A stretch of DNA of 32,000 bases from Horticoccus luteus (GTDB taxonomy: Bacteria; Verrucomicrobiota; Verrucomicrobiia; Opitutales; Opitutaceae). The DNA lies in the NCBI RefSeq assembly GCF_019464535.1, contig NZ_CP080507.1, positions 1,140,001-1,172,000 of the forward strand, read 5' to 3'. Made by a program: the position numbers and the translations under genes. Of the stretch, positions 1 to 9,625 are shown piece after piece. Below the pieces are notes generated by a model that was not told where the DNA came from, did not search any database, and saw nothing but the letters and a program-made list of their open reading frames with translations. Every line of letters starts with the position of its first letter. Position 1 is the first letter of the stretch.

Positions 1-638
1 ACACGTCGTTGCCGGTGACGTTTCTCGGGCATCCTTTTGTGGAGGCGGGCTATGTGCCGCCGGTGCGTTACGAGGCGAAGGGGCCGGTGCTGCTGCTGCC
101 GGGGAGCCGGAAGCAGGCGGTGGCGCGGATTTTTCCGGTGTTGCTGCGCGCGTTCGCCGCGCTCGGCGAACGTGAGGCGGTGGTGCTTTATCCGAGCGAG
201 GCGATCCGGCGCGTGCTGCTCGCAGCGGGTCCGCCCGCCCACGTGAAACTCGTGCCGCTCGACGAACACGGCTCGCTGGGCGCGGCGGCGGTGCTCACGA
301 GTTCGGGCACGATGTCGATGCACTGTGCGTTGGCGGGGATTCCGGGCGCAGTGGTTTATCGAGCGAATCCTTTGACGTATTTGATCGGCCGGCGATTGGT
401 GAAGGTGCCGTATCTGGGAATCGCCAACCTGCTGCTGAAACAACCCATGTATCCTGAGTTCATTCAAGGCGCGGCGCGGCCGGGGGCGCTCGCGGCGGAA
501 TTGCGCGCGTGTCTGCATGATCCGGTCCGGCGGGAGCGGACCGCGGCGTTGGCGGCGCAATTGCGCAGTGAACTCGGCGGCAGCGGACGGACACCACCGA
601 CGGAATGGTTGAACGGTTTTCTCAGTCCTCGTGAATAG
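1..638 (+). CDS. lpxB: Lipid-A-disaccharide synthase, C-terminal ~210 aa (the 5' end lies upstream of the window)
   Basis: The frame is open from base 3 with no upstream stop. Blocks [56 protein letters not shown] align by eye with the C-terminal half of E. coli LpxB. Stop TAG at 636-638. Confidence 0.85.
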   Translation, partial: TSLPVTFLGHPFVEAGYVPPVRYEAKGPVLLLPGSRKQAVARIFPVLLRAFAALGEREAVVLYPSEAIRRVLLAAGPPAHVKLVPLDEHGSLGAAAVLTSSGTMSMHCALAGIPGAVVYRANPLTYLIGRRLVKVPYLGIANLLLKQPMYPEFIQGAARPGALAAELRACLHDPVRRERTAALAAQLRSELGGSGRTPPTEWLNGFLSPRE

Positions 639-3600
639 TCCCGTGCATATTCGCTCCGTCGGTGCGATCTCCGGCCGCCGTTATGCGCAGTGGGTGCCAC
701 CGCTCGCGTTCGGCATCGCGCTGATCGTGGCGGTGGTCGGGGCGTGGATCGTGCGGGGGCAGCTGCACCAGAACGAGCGTGATCGGTTTCTGCGTATCGC
801 GGGGCATATCGAGCCGGCAGTGGAGCATCAATTCAAGGAAGCCGCGGAAGCGGTGGCGGGCGCCCAGGCGTGGATCGCGGCCACGCCGGAGGTCTCGCGC
901 GAACAGTGGTCCGCCTATTTCGATTCGCTCGCGCCGTATCTGGGGCGGGGCGTCGTGGGGCTGAGTTACGTGGAACGCGTGAAACGCGAAGATTTGCCGC
1001 AATTCGAGACGCGAATGCGTGCGGCGGGCGAACCGGAGTTCACGGTGGAGCGCAGCGGCGACAACCGCGAACACGCGGAGTTTTTTGTCGTCACGCGGGC
1101 CGAACCGCGCGAGCTCAACAGCCGTGCGCTCGGCTTGGACATCGGAGCGGGGCGCACGCGGCGGGCCGCGGCGGAGGCCGCCATGCGCAGCGGGACGGCG
1201 GTGATGTCGCGGCGCATCGAATTGATTTACGGCGACGATTCGGTGCCGGGCTTTCTGCTGCTGCAACCGGTGTATCGCGCAGGGGCGGACGTGAGCACGC
1301 CGGCGGCGCGCGAGCGGGCGCTCATCGGCTGGGTGTCGGCGGCGGTGGATCCGGCGTTGCTGCTCCAAGGGGTGCTCGGGGCGGCGGAGGGCGGGTTGGA
1401 ACTCGCGGTGTTTCAGGGCACGACCGCCACGAAGGAGACGTTCCTTTTCGACAGCAGCCAGCAGGTGCAAACCGGCCAGCAGGTGCCGACGTTGACGACG
1501 TGGGCGCGCGGGGGCTGGACGCAGACGATGCCGCTCGACGTGTTTGGCCAACGGTGGACGGTGTGGGTGACGAGCCGGCATTCCGAGGCGTTTGGACTGC
1601 CGCCGCTCGCGTTGACGGTGCTGGCGGCGGGCGTCGTGGTGGCGGCGCTGCTGGCGTGGCTTTTGCGGGCGGTGCTCTCGGCGCGCGAGCGGGCGCTCGA
1701 GCTGGCGGCGAAGATGACGGCGGACTTGCGCACGGCGCAGGCGGAAACGCGGCGACTGGCGATGGTGGCGAGTCGCACGGCGAGCGGGGTGTTGCTGGCC
1801 GATGCAGACTGGCGAATCGAGTGGGTCAACGAGAGCTTCACGCGGATGTTTGGCTACACGCTGGACGACGTGCGCGGGAGGCGCCCGGGGGAATTTTTGC
1901 ACGGGCCGGGCACGGACTTGGTGACGCTCAATGCGATCAACGCGGCGGACGGAGCGGTGCGGGCGGAATTACTGAACTACACGCGCGCGGGGCGGCCGAT
2001 CTGGCTGGAGCTGGACATCCAGCCGCTGCACGACGAGTCCGGCCAGCACGTGGGCTACATGGGACTGCAGCTCGACATCACGGCGCGCAAAGCCGCGGAG
2101 GCCGACCTGGCGCAGAAGGAAGCGCAGTTTCGCTTCATTTTCGAACGGTCGCCGGTGGGGATTTATTGGCGACATCAGCGCGCGGACGGGAAGATGGAAT
2201 GGCACGTCAACGAAGCCCATTTGCGCATCTGTGGTTTGACCGCGGAGGAAGTGGGGCAGCCGGGGAAATTTGAGGAGATCAGTCACCCGGAGGAATACGC
2301 GCGGCAGATGGTGCTGGAGGCGAAGATCAAGGCGGGGGAGATGGATCAGTTTTCGTTGGAGAAACGTTATTTCCGGCCCGACGGCACGACGGTGTGGGTT
2401 TTGCTGACGCGGCAGCGGGTGGTGCGCGCGGATGGTGGGATCGAGGAGATGGCGACCACCGTGGATATTTCGGAGCGCAAACACGCGGAAGAGGAGTTGG
2501 AGCGACGGGAAGGCGAGCTGCGCTTCATCCTCAATGCGGTGCCGATTGGCGTGAGCTGGCAGGAGCGGCAACGAGGCATCGTGTGGTTCAACGATGGCGT
2601 TTACCGGGTTTTGGGTTTGGCGCGCGAACCGGCGCCGTCGCTGGCGCTCTTCCGTGAGATGACGGTGAAACAAGATTTGATGGCGCAAGAGGCCGAACGT
2701 GCGCGGCTCGAGCGCGGCGAGATCGACGGGTTCGTGTTGGAGAAACGTTACCGGCGGCCCGATGGCGAGGTGATCTGGGTGTCGATGACGCAGCAAGTTT
2801 ACCGCGGGCCGGACGGAGAGATTTTGCAGGAAGTCGTGACGATCGTGGACATCACGGCGCAACGGCGACAGGAGGACGAACTGCGCGCGGCGAAGGAGGT
2901 CGCGGAGCAGGCGAACGCGGCGAAGAGCCAGTTTCTCGCGATGATGAGCCACGAGATTCGCACGCCGATGAACGGCGTGATCGGCATGACCAGCCTGTTG
3001 CTGGATTCCCCGCTGTCCGCGGCGCAAAAAGAATACGCGGAAACGATCCGGCAGAGCGGGGATTCCCTGCTGACGATCATCAACGACATTCTTGATTTCT
3101 CGAAGATCGAATCCGGCCGGTTGGAATTGGAGCGGGAGGAGTTTTCGCTGCGCGAGTGCATCGAGGGGACGTTGGATTTGTTTGCACCGCGCGCCGCCGA
3201 GAAGGGCTTGGATTTCCTCTACGAAATTTCCGACGGCGTGCCGGCGCTGGTGCGGGGCGATGCCACGCGGCTGCGGCAGGTGATCGTCAATCTGTTGAAC
3301 AACGCGGTGAAGTTTACCGCGAAGGGCGAAGTGGTATTGAGCGTGCGCACCCTGCAGCAGGACGAAACGAGCGCGGAGGTGGAATTTGCGGTGAAGGATA
3401 CGGGCATCGGCATCCCGCCGGAGGGTTTGGGGCGGCTGTTTCGTTCGTTCTCCCAAGTCGATGCCTCGACGGCGCGCCGTTTCGGCGGGACGGGGCTGGG
3501 CCTCGCGATCAGCAAGCGACTCGCCGAAATCATGGGCGGCCGCATGTGGGTCGAAAGCGAGCCCGGCCATGGCTCGACGTTTTTCTTCACGGTGCACGTG

Positions 3601-4461
3601 GATGCGGTGACGAACAAGCCGCGGCCTTACCTGCCGGCGGGGCAGCAGACGGACTTGGCGGGCAAGCGGCTGCTGGTCGTGGACGACAACGGCACGAGCC
3701 GGCGCATCCTGCTGGCGTGGGCGACGACGTGGCAAATGAGCGCGCACGCGGCGGCCACGGGGATGGAGGCCCTGGGGTGGATGGATGCCGGACAGACGTT
3801 TGACGTCGCCGTTCTCGACATGCACATGCCGGGGATGGACGGCATCTCGCTGGCGCGAGCGTTGCGGGAGCGCAGGCCGGAAATGCCGCTGATTCTGCTC
3901 TCGTCCGTGGGCCAGCTCGAAGGCGAGGAGCGGGAATTGTTTTCGGCCTGCCTGACCAAGCCCGCGAAACCGGCGCAATTATTCCGCGTGTTGGCGGAGC
4001 ATGGAGGACGCACGCCGTTGCCGCCGGTGGCCGCGCCGGCGGCGCCGGTGGAAATGCCGACGCCCTTGCACACGGACCGTCTGCTGCTGGCAGAAGACAA
4101 CGCGGTGAACCAGCGGGTCGCGTTGATGATGTTGCAGAAGCTCGGCTATCGCGCCGACGTCGCCGCCAACGGTTATGAAGTGCTCGAGGCGCTCCGGCGG
4201 CAGGTTTACGACGTTGTGTTGATGGATGTGCAGATGCCGGAGATGGACGGGCTCGAAGCGGCGCGGCGCATCCGGGCGCACGCCGATCCGGCGGTGCCGC
4301 GCCCGTGGATCGTGGCGCTCACGGCCAACGCGATGCAGGGCGATCGGGAGCGGTGCCACGAGGCTGGCATGGATGATTACATCAGTAAACCCGTGAAGCT
4401 CGACGAACTGGCCGCGGCGCTCGCGCGGGTGCGTCCGCACTGGGAGCCGGGCGGACTTTAA
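631..4461 (+). CDS. Hybrid sensor histidine kinase: TM, CHASE-like periplasmic domain, TM, three PAS/PAC, HisKA, HATPase_c, two receiver domains
   Basis: 3.8-kb ORF with normal composition. TM1 [26 protein letters not shown]-like blocks ([25 protein letters not shown]). TM2 [23 protein letters not shown]-type motifs [14 protein letters not shown] and [15 protein letters not shown]-box [11 protein letters not shown]-box [10 protein letters not shown]-boxes DTGIGI and [13 protein letters not shown]1 LLVVDDN...[10 protein letters not shown]...LTKP; REC2 LLLAEDN...[11 protein letters not shown]...ISKP. Start is GTG 631 (8-nt overlap with the lpxB stop) or in-frame GTG 643. Confidence 0.9.
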   Translation: MNSPVHIRSVGAISGRRYAQWVPPLAFGIALIVAVVGAWIVRGQLHQNERDRFLRIAGHIEPAVEHQFKEAAEAVAGAQAWIAATPEVSREQWSAYFDSLAPYLGRGVVGLSYVERVKREDLPQFETRMRAAGEPEFTVERSGDNREHAEFFVVTRAEPRELNSRALGLDIGAGRTRRAAAEAAMRSGTAVMSRRIELIYGDDSVPGFLLLQPVYRAGADVSTPAARERALIGWVSAAVDPALLLQGVLGAAEGGLELAVFQGTTATKETFLFDSSQQVQTGQQVPTLTTWARGGWTQTMPLDVFGQRWTVWVTSRHSEAFGLPPLALTVLAAGVVVAALLAWLLRAVLSARERALELAAKMTADLRTAQAETRRLAMVASRTASGVLLADADWRIEWVNESFTRMFGYTLDDVRGRRPGEFLHGPGTDLVTLNAINAADGAVRAELLNYTRAGRPIWLELDIQPLHDESGQHVGYMGLQLDITARKAAEADLAQKEAQFRFIFERSPVGIYWRHQRADGKMEWHVNEAHLRICGLTAEEVGQPGKFEEISHPEEYARQMVLEAKIKAGEMDQFSLEKRYFRPDGTTVWVLLTRQRVVRADGGIEEMATTVDISERKHAEEELERREGELRFILNAVPIGVSWQERQRGIVWFNDGVYRVLGLAREPAPSLALFREMTVKQDLMAQEAERARLERGEIDGFVLEKRYRRPDGEVIWVSMTQQVYRGPDGEILQEVVTIVDITAQRRQEDELRAAKEVAEQANAAKSQFLAMMSHEIRTPMNGVIGMTSLLLDSPLSAAQKEYAETIRQSGDSLLTIINDILDFSKIESGRLELEREEFSLRECIEGTLDLFAPRAAEKGLDFLYEISDGVPALVRGDATRLRQVIVNLLNNAVKFTAKGEVVLSVRTLQQDETSAEVEFAVKDTGIGIPPEGLGRLFRSFSQVDASTARRFGGTGLGLAISKRLAEIMGGRMWVESEPGHGSTFFFTVHVDAVTNKPRPYLPAGQQTDLAGKRLLVVDDNGTSRRILLAWATTWQMSAHAAATGMEALGWMDAGQTFDVAVLDMHMPGMDGISLARALRERRPEMPLILLSSVGQLEGEERELFSACLTKPAKPAQLFRVLAEHGGRTPLPPVAAPAAPVEMPTPLHTDRLLLAEDNAVNQRVALMMLQKLGYRADVAANGYEVLEALRRQVYDVVLMDVQMPEMDGLEAARRIRAHADPAVPRPWIVALTANAMQGDRERCHEAGMDDYISKPVKLDELAAALARVRPHWEPGGL

Positions 4462-4543
4462 CCGCGCTGAGTCGGGGGACGAGGGATTCCGGACGACGTT
4501 TAACCGGCCGTCGGCAAACGTGGGCGGGGCGGTCCAGAAACCT

Positions 4544-4590
4544 CGGGAGATTGCGATCAGGCGGCGCGCTGCGGCGCGGGCGATCTCCCG
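4544..4590. terminator. Compound GC-rich stem-loop between convergent genes; possible terminator for the DUF1800/DUF1501 operon
   Basis: CGGGAGATTGC (4544-4554) pairs with GCGATCTCCCG (4580-4590): 10 Watson-Crick pairs plus one G-U. An inner hairpin is CGCGC-TGCG-GCGCG (4565-4578). It lies 15 nt past the DUF1501 stop and 83 nt past the kinase stop. There is no clean U-tract on either strand. Confidence 0.35.
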
Positions 4591-4605
4591 TGGTCTGAGG
4601 AACGC

Positions 4606-5856
4606 TTACGCGATGAAGTCGAGCGGCGCGTATTTCTGGCCGAGCACCGCGGTGGAATTGCCCTGCAACCAGCGGTCGATCACCGTCGCATAGACCTGAC
4701 GGAAATCGATGCCGTAGGTGAGGTCTTGGTTGCGCGCGAGGTTGAGGTTGGGCGCGGCGCCGTGGAGGCCGCCCTTGACGCGCGAGCCCATGATGAAGAG
4801 CGGGGCGGAGGTGCCGTGGTCGGTGCCTTTGCCGTCGTTTTCCATGGGGCGGCGGCCGAATTCGGAGAACGTCATGGCGAGCACGTTTTCCTCGAGCCGG
4901 TGGGCGGCGAGGTCTTTTTGGAAGGCGGCGAGGCCGTCGCCGAGGGTCTGAAGAAGTTTGTTCTGGCGGTCGAATTGGTTGACGTGGGTGTCGAAGCTGC
5001 CGAGGGAAACAAAGTAAACGCGCGTGGAAAAGCCGCCGGCGATGAGGCTGGCGACGTTGCGCAATTCCTGGGCAAACGGCGTGTGCGGATATTCCGCGCC
5101 GGCGCGGTAATCGGCGATGACGCGCTGCACTTTTTGTTCGGTGACGAGAGCGTCCATCATCGTGTGGCGCAGGTAGCCGGCGTTGGCGTTCTCGTCGTCG
5201 CCCGCGGGGCGATGCAGGATTTTCTCGAGGAGGGCGAGGTTCTGCTGGCGCTGCCGGCGGCCGCCGCGGTCGCTGAGTCCGAAGGTGGCGTGGTCTTTCT
5301 CGGCGAAGAAAGTTTCCGGCACCTCGGCGGTGAGATGCACGCCGAGCGGATCGGCGTTGGCGGGAGCGCCGGCGCAAGAGTTGTCGAAGTAGCGGCCGAT
5401 GAAACCGGTGGTGAGATACTGATCGCTCGCGCTGCCGGTTTCCCAAATGTCGGTCGAGCGGAAGTGGCTGCGGTCGGGATTCGGATAGCCGACGTTTTGG
5501 AGGATCGCCAGCTTGCCGTCTTGGGCGAGGCGATGGAGGCCGGCGCACGCGGGGTTGAAACCGGCGTGCTCGTCGAGTTTGAGGACGTTGGCTTCCTTGA
5601 TCCCCAACGTGGGACGCAGGCGGTGGTAGTGGTCGTCGGCGTAGGGAATGACGGTGTTGAGGCCGTCGTTGCCGCCGGCGAGCTGGACGAGCACCAGAAT
5701 GGGCTGGTCGCGACCGGGGGCGGGAATCTGGGCGCGCGCGGAGGAGACGAGAAACGACGGGGCGTAGTGTGTGAACGCGAGCAGACCGATGCCTTTGGCG
5801 CTGAAGCGGAGAAATTCGCGGCGGGTCGAGGGGAGGAGGTTCGGCAAATTTTTCAT
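4606..5856 (-). CDS. DUF1501 family protein (sulfatase/alkaline-phosphatase-like fold) with a Tat-type signal
   Basis: Twin-arginine signal STRREFLRFSAKGIGLLAF. Blocks LAGGNDGLNTVIPY and FSEFGRRPMENDGKGTDHG are typical of DUF1501. The track ORF runs to 6222, but the extra 122 codons are Arg/Pro-rich and overlap the upstream gene, so ATG 5856 was chosen. Confidence 0.88.
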   Translation of the reverse strand: MKNLPNLLPSTRREFLRFSAKGIGLLAFTHYAPSFLVSSARAQIPAPGRDQPILVLVQLAGGNDGLNTVIPYADDHYHRLRPTLGIKEANVLKLDEHAGFNPACAGLHRLAQDGKLAILQNVGYPNPDRSHFRSTDIWETGSASDQYLTTGFIGRYFDNSCAGAPANADPLGVHLTAEVPETFFAEKDHATFGLSDRGGRRQRQQNLALLEKILHRPAGDDENANAGYLRHTMMDALVTEQKVQRVIADYRAGAEYPHTPFAQELRNVASLIAGGFSTRVYFVSLGSFDTHVNQFDRQNKLLQTLGDGLAAFQKDLAAHRLEENVLAMTFSEFGRRPMENDGKGTDHGTSAPLFIMGSRVKGGLHGAAPNLNLARNQDLTYGIDFRQVYATVIDRWLQGNSTAVLGQKYAPLDFIA

Positions 5857-5870
5857 GGGGGGAGCGGGCC

Positions 5871-7355
5871 TCAGCAGAGTTGGTATTCGGGGGAACCGAG
5901 GAGAGTGATGGCGGCGTTGCGGATGCGGGCGAGGCGCCGGGCGGCGTCGCCTTGCGCGAGGAACTGGGTGATGGCCGCGCGGTAATCGGGCGCGACGTGC
6001 ACGGGGAGGAGAAAATCGCAGAGAGCGGTGGTGACTTCGGCGTCGGTGAGCGGAAGGAGTTTCTTGAAGCGATCGTCGGTGAAGGAAAATCCGGTCACGC
6101 CGGCGGCGCGTGCGCGGGCGAGGGCGCGTTGTTCGTCGGCGTTGAGGCGGTTTTCGTTGAGCGGGGTAAAGAGGACGCCGACGAGGGCGCGGCGGGCGTC
6201 GAGGGTGGCGGAGTTGATCCATTCGCGGCCACCGACCCAGCCGCGGACGTTGGGCGGCGTGTAGAGCGGCTGGCCCATTTGCCGGAGGGCGGGCAGGACG
6301 CGGCGGGGCAGCGGGGCGAGATCGAGGCCCAAATCCTGCAGCAGGCCGAGATAGTATTGCTGCGGGCTTTTGATGGCGATGCCGCGAAATTGCGGATCAA
6401 AGAAGAGGCGGCTGGAAAACCAGCGCAGGCAGAGTTGGTGAAGATCGAAGCCGGTGGCGCGCCACCAGTCGCCGAGCGCGGCAAGGTGCGGATCAGGCAA
6501 GGGTTCGTCGCTGAGATAAAACCGCGCCATGAGGGCGGGCAGGCGCGTGCCGGCCGCAGGTTGCTGGTAGATGACGTCGATCGCTTGATCGCCGTCGAAG
6601 TGGCCGGTGTGGCCGAGGAAAGTCTTGGCGCTGCCGTCGTGCTGGCGTGGGGCGAACTCAAAGGCTCCGTCGCGCTGGCGGTAACCGGTGAAGGCTCGGG
6701 AGCCTTGTTTGACATCGTTCTCGGTGTAATGGCCGACGCCGAGCGTGAAGAGCTCCATGAGTTCGCGGCCGAAGTTTTCGTTGGGTGCGCCGAGACGGTT
6801 TTGTTGCAGATCGAGATACTGGATCATCGCAGGCGAGCGCAGCACGCCTTTGGTGAGTTTCGGGGCCGGACCGGTGCCGCCGGCGCGCAGGAGTGCCTGG
6901 TGCTCGTAGAGCATCGCGGGATCGCGGACTTTATTCGCGGAGACGACGTAAACGTTGCCCAGAAACGACACCCATTTTTCGTAGGCGGCGCGGTCGGGGT
7001 GGAGGCTGAATTGCATCCAGACGAGCGTGAGGTCGCCGAGGGCGTCGCGGGCTTGCTGTTGGAAATCCCGTTTCAAGTCGCGGCGTTGCTCGCGCGGTGC
7101 TTGGCGAATTTTGCGGCGATAGTCCGCGGCTTCGCTCCGGAAGTCGGCGACTGACTTTGGGACGGGCATCGCCGCGGGTTGGCGGGGAAAGAGTCGGTCG
7201 AGGGTGGGGGCGAGTCCATCGCGCAACACCCGCGTGACTTCGTCGGGGCTCGCGGACCAGCCGGCGCGACGGAGAAGGTGGCGGGCGGCAGCGGCATCCC
7301 ACGCTGCGGCGGGGAGGGGTTGCCAGGCTTGCTCGGGCGAATAATCGAGTTTCAT
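5871..7355 (-). CDS. DUF1800 family protein
   Basis: Blocks HLLRRAGWSASPDEV, ELFTLGVGHYTENDV and PNVRGWVGGREWI are typical of DUF1800. Its stop lies 14 nt upstream of the DUF1501 start, the classic gene pair. ATG 7355 is preferred over the TTG at 7403 used by the track. Confidence 0.85.
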   Translation of the reverse strand: MKLDYSPEQAWQPLPAAAWDAAAARHLLRRAGWSASPDEVTRVLRDGLAPTLDRLFPRQPAAMPVPKSVADFRSEAADYRRKIRQAPREQRRDLKRDFQQQARDALGDLTLVWMQFSLHPDRAAYEKWVSFLGNVYVVSANKVRDPAMLYEHQALLRAGGTGPAPKLTKGVLRSPAMIQYLDLQQNRLGAPNENFGRELMELFTLGVGHYTENDVKQGSRAFTGYRQRDGAFEFAPRQHDGSAKTFLGHTGHFDGDQAIDVIYQQPAAGTRLPALMARFYLSDEPLPDPHLAALGDWWRATGFDLHQLCLRWFSSRLFFDPQFRGIAIKSPQQYYLGLLQDLGLDLAPLPRRVLPALRQMGQPLYTPPNVRGWVGGREWINSATLDARRALVGVLFTPLNENRLNADEQRALARARAAGVTGFSFTDDRFKKLLPLTDAEVTTALCDFLLPVHVAPDYRAAITQFLAQGDAARRLARIRNAAITLLGSPEYQLC

Positions 7356-7502
7356 GGGCCGGGGAGTGACGCAACCGCCGAGGGCGGGAGAACGAAACAC
7401 CAAGACGGCGGAAGCGGGGGCGAGGTTGCGGCGAGTTTTGGAATCCTGACCCGCCGCCTTGCTGTCTGTCGCGTGCCACCGAGGCGCGCGGCGGGTGAGC
7501 GC

Positions 7503-8417
7503 TTACAAAAATAGAAAGACGTAGCCGGCAAAGAGCAGAGCGCCGAGGCCGGCGGTGGCGGCAAGGGACCAGAGGAGGTTGCGCTGGCGGGCGGCGATGG
7601 CGAAGGTGGCGATGATGACCGCGGCTTGCGCGCCGAGCATGCCGTAGAAAAACCGCTGACTGCGCGTGCGATGGCGTTCGGCGGAGAGATTGCTTTGGCG
7701 CACTTGCACTTCGTAGAGGGCGGCGACGGCTTGGTTGAGGCGAGCTTCGGCATCGTAGCGCGTCGACGAGTAGCGCAGGCGCAGGAGCGTGAAATCGCGT
7801 CGCAGGGACCGCTGCTCTGGGCCGGTGGCCTGAAGTGCGTCACCGAGGGCGTCGCCGCTGCTGACCACGGGGTTGAGCAGGGCGTCGAAGTCGCGCGAAT
7901 GGTCGCGGGCGGCGCGGAGAGCCGCGGCAACTTCTGCGGGAGGTGCGGCGCGAAGCCGGTCGTTGAGATCGGGCGCGTCGTTTTCAATCGCGGCAAGAGC
8001 GTCACGGACCGCGGGCGGGGGCACCGGAGCGGCGGCTTGGGGCGGCAGGCGGCCGGCGAGCAGGAGATCGAGAGCGGATGCGATCGCTTCCGGATGAGGC
8101 AGGGTGGCGGCGAAAGCGCGCATCGCGGGGGCGTTGACCTGATCGGTGTCGGCGGTGACTTGCACGGCATCGAGCGTGCCGGATTGGATGGCGGAGCGAA
8201 GGCGTTTGGCTTGAAAGAATCCCCATTGGTCGCCGGCTTTGGACTGCTGTTGGGCCGCCAGCGATCGGTCGTATTGGGCGCGCGTCATCTCGCTGGATGC
8301 GAGGCCGGCCAGCATGGTGGCGACCACGGTCATGATCACGGGAGTGGCGCTGAGGACGCGACCCCAGACGGTGGGGGGCACGGCGGATTTCAGATCGGCG
8401 GGCAGCGTGATTTTCAA
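7503..8417 (-). CDS. Membrane protein, DUF4337-like with an expanded central Ala-rich helical region
   Basis: N-terminal TM (VLSATPVIMTVVATMLAGLASS) is followed by AAQQQSKAGDQWGFFQAKRLR, which resembles the DUF4337 signature (..QW.YYQAK..). The C-terminus has two TMs (FFYGMLGAQAAVIIATFAIAA, LLWSLAATAGLGALLFAGYVFLFL). Composition is balanced, unlike the overlapping + strand ORF. The start is uncertain: TTG 8417 or a downstream in-frame GTG. Confidence 0.55.
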   Translation of the reverse strand: MKITLPADLKSAVPPTVWGRVLSATPVIMTVVATMLAGLASSEMTRAQYDRSLAAQQQSKAGDQWGFFQAKRLRSAIQSGTLDAVQVTADTDQVNAPAMRAFAATLPHPEAIASALDLLLAGRLPPQAAAPVPPPAVRDALAAIENDAPDLNDRLRAAPPAEVAAALRAARDHSRDFDALLNPVVSSGDALGDALQATGPEQRSLRRDFTLLRLRYSSTRYDAEARLNQAVAALYEVQVRQSNLSAERHRTRSQRFFYGMLGAQAAVIIATFAIAARQRNLLWSLAATAGLGALLFAGYVFLFL

Positions 8418-8512
8418 GAGTGGGACAATCGTGAAATGAGCCGCGGCGGGCGAGCCGAAAGCGGGGGCGGCGGGCTCGTTGCGTTTGCGGGGAAGCGCGG
8501 CATGCTAGGCGG

Positions 8513-9454
8513 ATGCAGCTCACGGGAATCCATCACTTGACGGCGGTCACCGCCGACGCAGCGCGAAACCATGCGTTTTACACCCAAACGCTGGGCCTGC
8601 GTTTGGTGAAGAAGACCGTCAATCAGGACGACGTATCGGCCTACCATTTGTTTTACGCCGATGGCCGCGCCACGCCGGGCACGGACATGACGTTCTTCGA
8701 GTGGCCGGTGCCGCGGGAGCGGCGGGGCACGCACAGCATTGTGCGCACGGGCTTTCGCGTGGCGGACGCGGCGGCGCTGGCGTGGTGGGCGCGCCGTTGC
8801 GACGAGTTGGAGGTGAAGCGGGGCGAGATCGGCGAACGCGATGGGCGGGCGACATTGGAAATCGAGGACTTCGAAGGGCAGCGGCTGGCGTTGGTTGTCG
8901 ATGGCGGGAAGAGTGAGGCGCATCCGTGGTCGCGCAGTCCGGTGCCGGCCGAGCATCAGATTCGCGGGCTGGGGCCGATCACGTTGAGCGTGCCGCGGCT
9001 CGAGCCGACTGATCGGGTGTTGCGCGACGTGCTGGCGATGCGGCGCGAGCGGAGTTACCGCACGGAAAGTGCCGGAGAAATCCACGTCTATGCGATGGGT
9101 GAGGGCGGGCCGGCAGCGGAACTGCACGTGAGCGTGGAGCCGTCATTGGCGGCGGCGCGGCCAGGCGCGGGCGGCGTGCACCATGTGGCGTTTCGCACGC
9201 CGAACGAGGATGAGTATCGCGCTTGGGCCGAGCGCTTGGCGACGAAGGGCGTGCCGACGAGCGGCCCGGTGGACCGTTACTATTTTCGCAGCCTGTATTT
9301 CCGCGAGCCGAATGGGATCTTGTTCGAGATCGCCACGGATGGACCGGGTTTCGCGGCGGACGAACCGATGGAAGCGCTCGGTGAATCCCTCGCGTTGCCG
9401 CCGTTTCTCGAACCGCGCCGCAGGGAAATCGAAGCGGGATTGAAACCGTTGTGA
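8513..9454 (+). CDS. Ring-cleaving dioxygenase, glyoxalase/VOC superfamily (MhqO/MhqA-like, two VOC modules)
   Basis: [13 protein letters not shown]...[24 protein letters not shown]...[10 protein letters not shown]...GGVHHVAFR...[24 protein letters not shown]...[15 protein letters not shown] is nearly collinear by eye with B. subtilis MhqO/YdfO-type proteins. ATG start. Confidence 0.85.
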   Translation: MQLTGIHHLTAVTADAARNHAFYTQTLGLRLVKKTVNQDDVSAYHLFYADGRATPGTDMTFFEWPVPRERRGTHSIVRTGFRVADAAALAWWARRCDELEVKRGEIGERDGRATLEIEDFEGQRLALVVDGGKSEAHPWSRSPVPAEHQIRGLGPITLSVPRLEPTDRVLRDVLAMRRERSYRTESAGEIHVYAMGEGGPAAELHVSVEPSLAAARPGAGGVHHVAFRTPNEDEYRAWAERLATKGVPTSGPVDRYYFRSLYFREPNGILFEIATDGPGFAADEPMEALGESLALPPFLEPRRREIEAGLKPL

Positions 9455-9586
9455 GGCGGCAAGGGGCGACACCGCGCCACGCGGCGCTATCCAACCGGCA
9501 AAACGGCGGGAGCGGCGGCGGAGAAGAAAGACCGGGGCCGACGCGTGTTAGGGAGCAAAACGGTGAGGCGCGGACGGATTTGTCAT

Positions 9587-9614
9587 TTGCCAACCTCAGG
9601 GTGTCCCGTATGAT
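9587..9614 (+). promoter_or_regulatory. Candidate sigma70-type promoter for secA (TTGCCA-N16-TATGAT), 11 nt before the ATG
   Basis: TTGCCA at 9587-9592 and TATGAT at 9609-9614 with a 16-nt spacer. It would give a leader of only about 4-6 nt. No Shine-Dalgarno motif lies before ATG 9626. Confidence 0.3.
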
Positions 9615-9625
9615 CCCAACCTTTC

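Noticed and set aside
622-3978. Long minus-strand ORFs 622-1902 (426 aa) and 1969-3978 (669 aa), and plus-strand ORF 870-2273 (467 aa), all overlapping the kinase gene
   Set aside because: Their translations are dominated by Arg, Pro, His, Gly and Ala with no recognisable motifs. This is the typical alternative-frame or antisense artefact of a high-GC coding region. The + strand frame at 631-4461 carries complete kinase motifs.
4382-5985. ORFs 4382-5548 (-) and 4726-5985 (+) overlapping the DUF1501 gene
   Set aside because: Their composition is Arg/Pro-rich or Gly/Ala/Val/Glu-rich and low in complexity. The DUF1501 frame explains the region.
5857-6222. N-terminal extensions suggested by the ORF track (4606-6222, 20905-22749, 22368-24797, 25339-27174, 26991-27782, 29484-31958, 18443-18865)
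   Set aside because: The extra upstream codons are Arg/Pro-rich, often overlap the neighbouring gene, and precede an internal ATG. That ATG is followed by a signal peptide, a Tat motif or the conserved family N-terminus, so the genes were trimmed to those ATGs.
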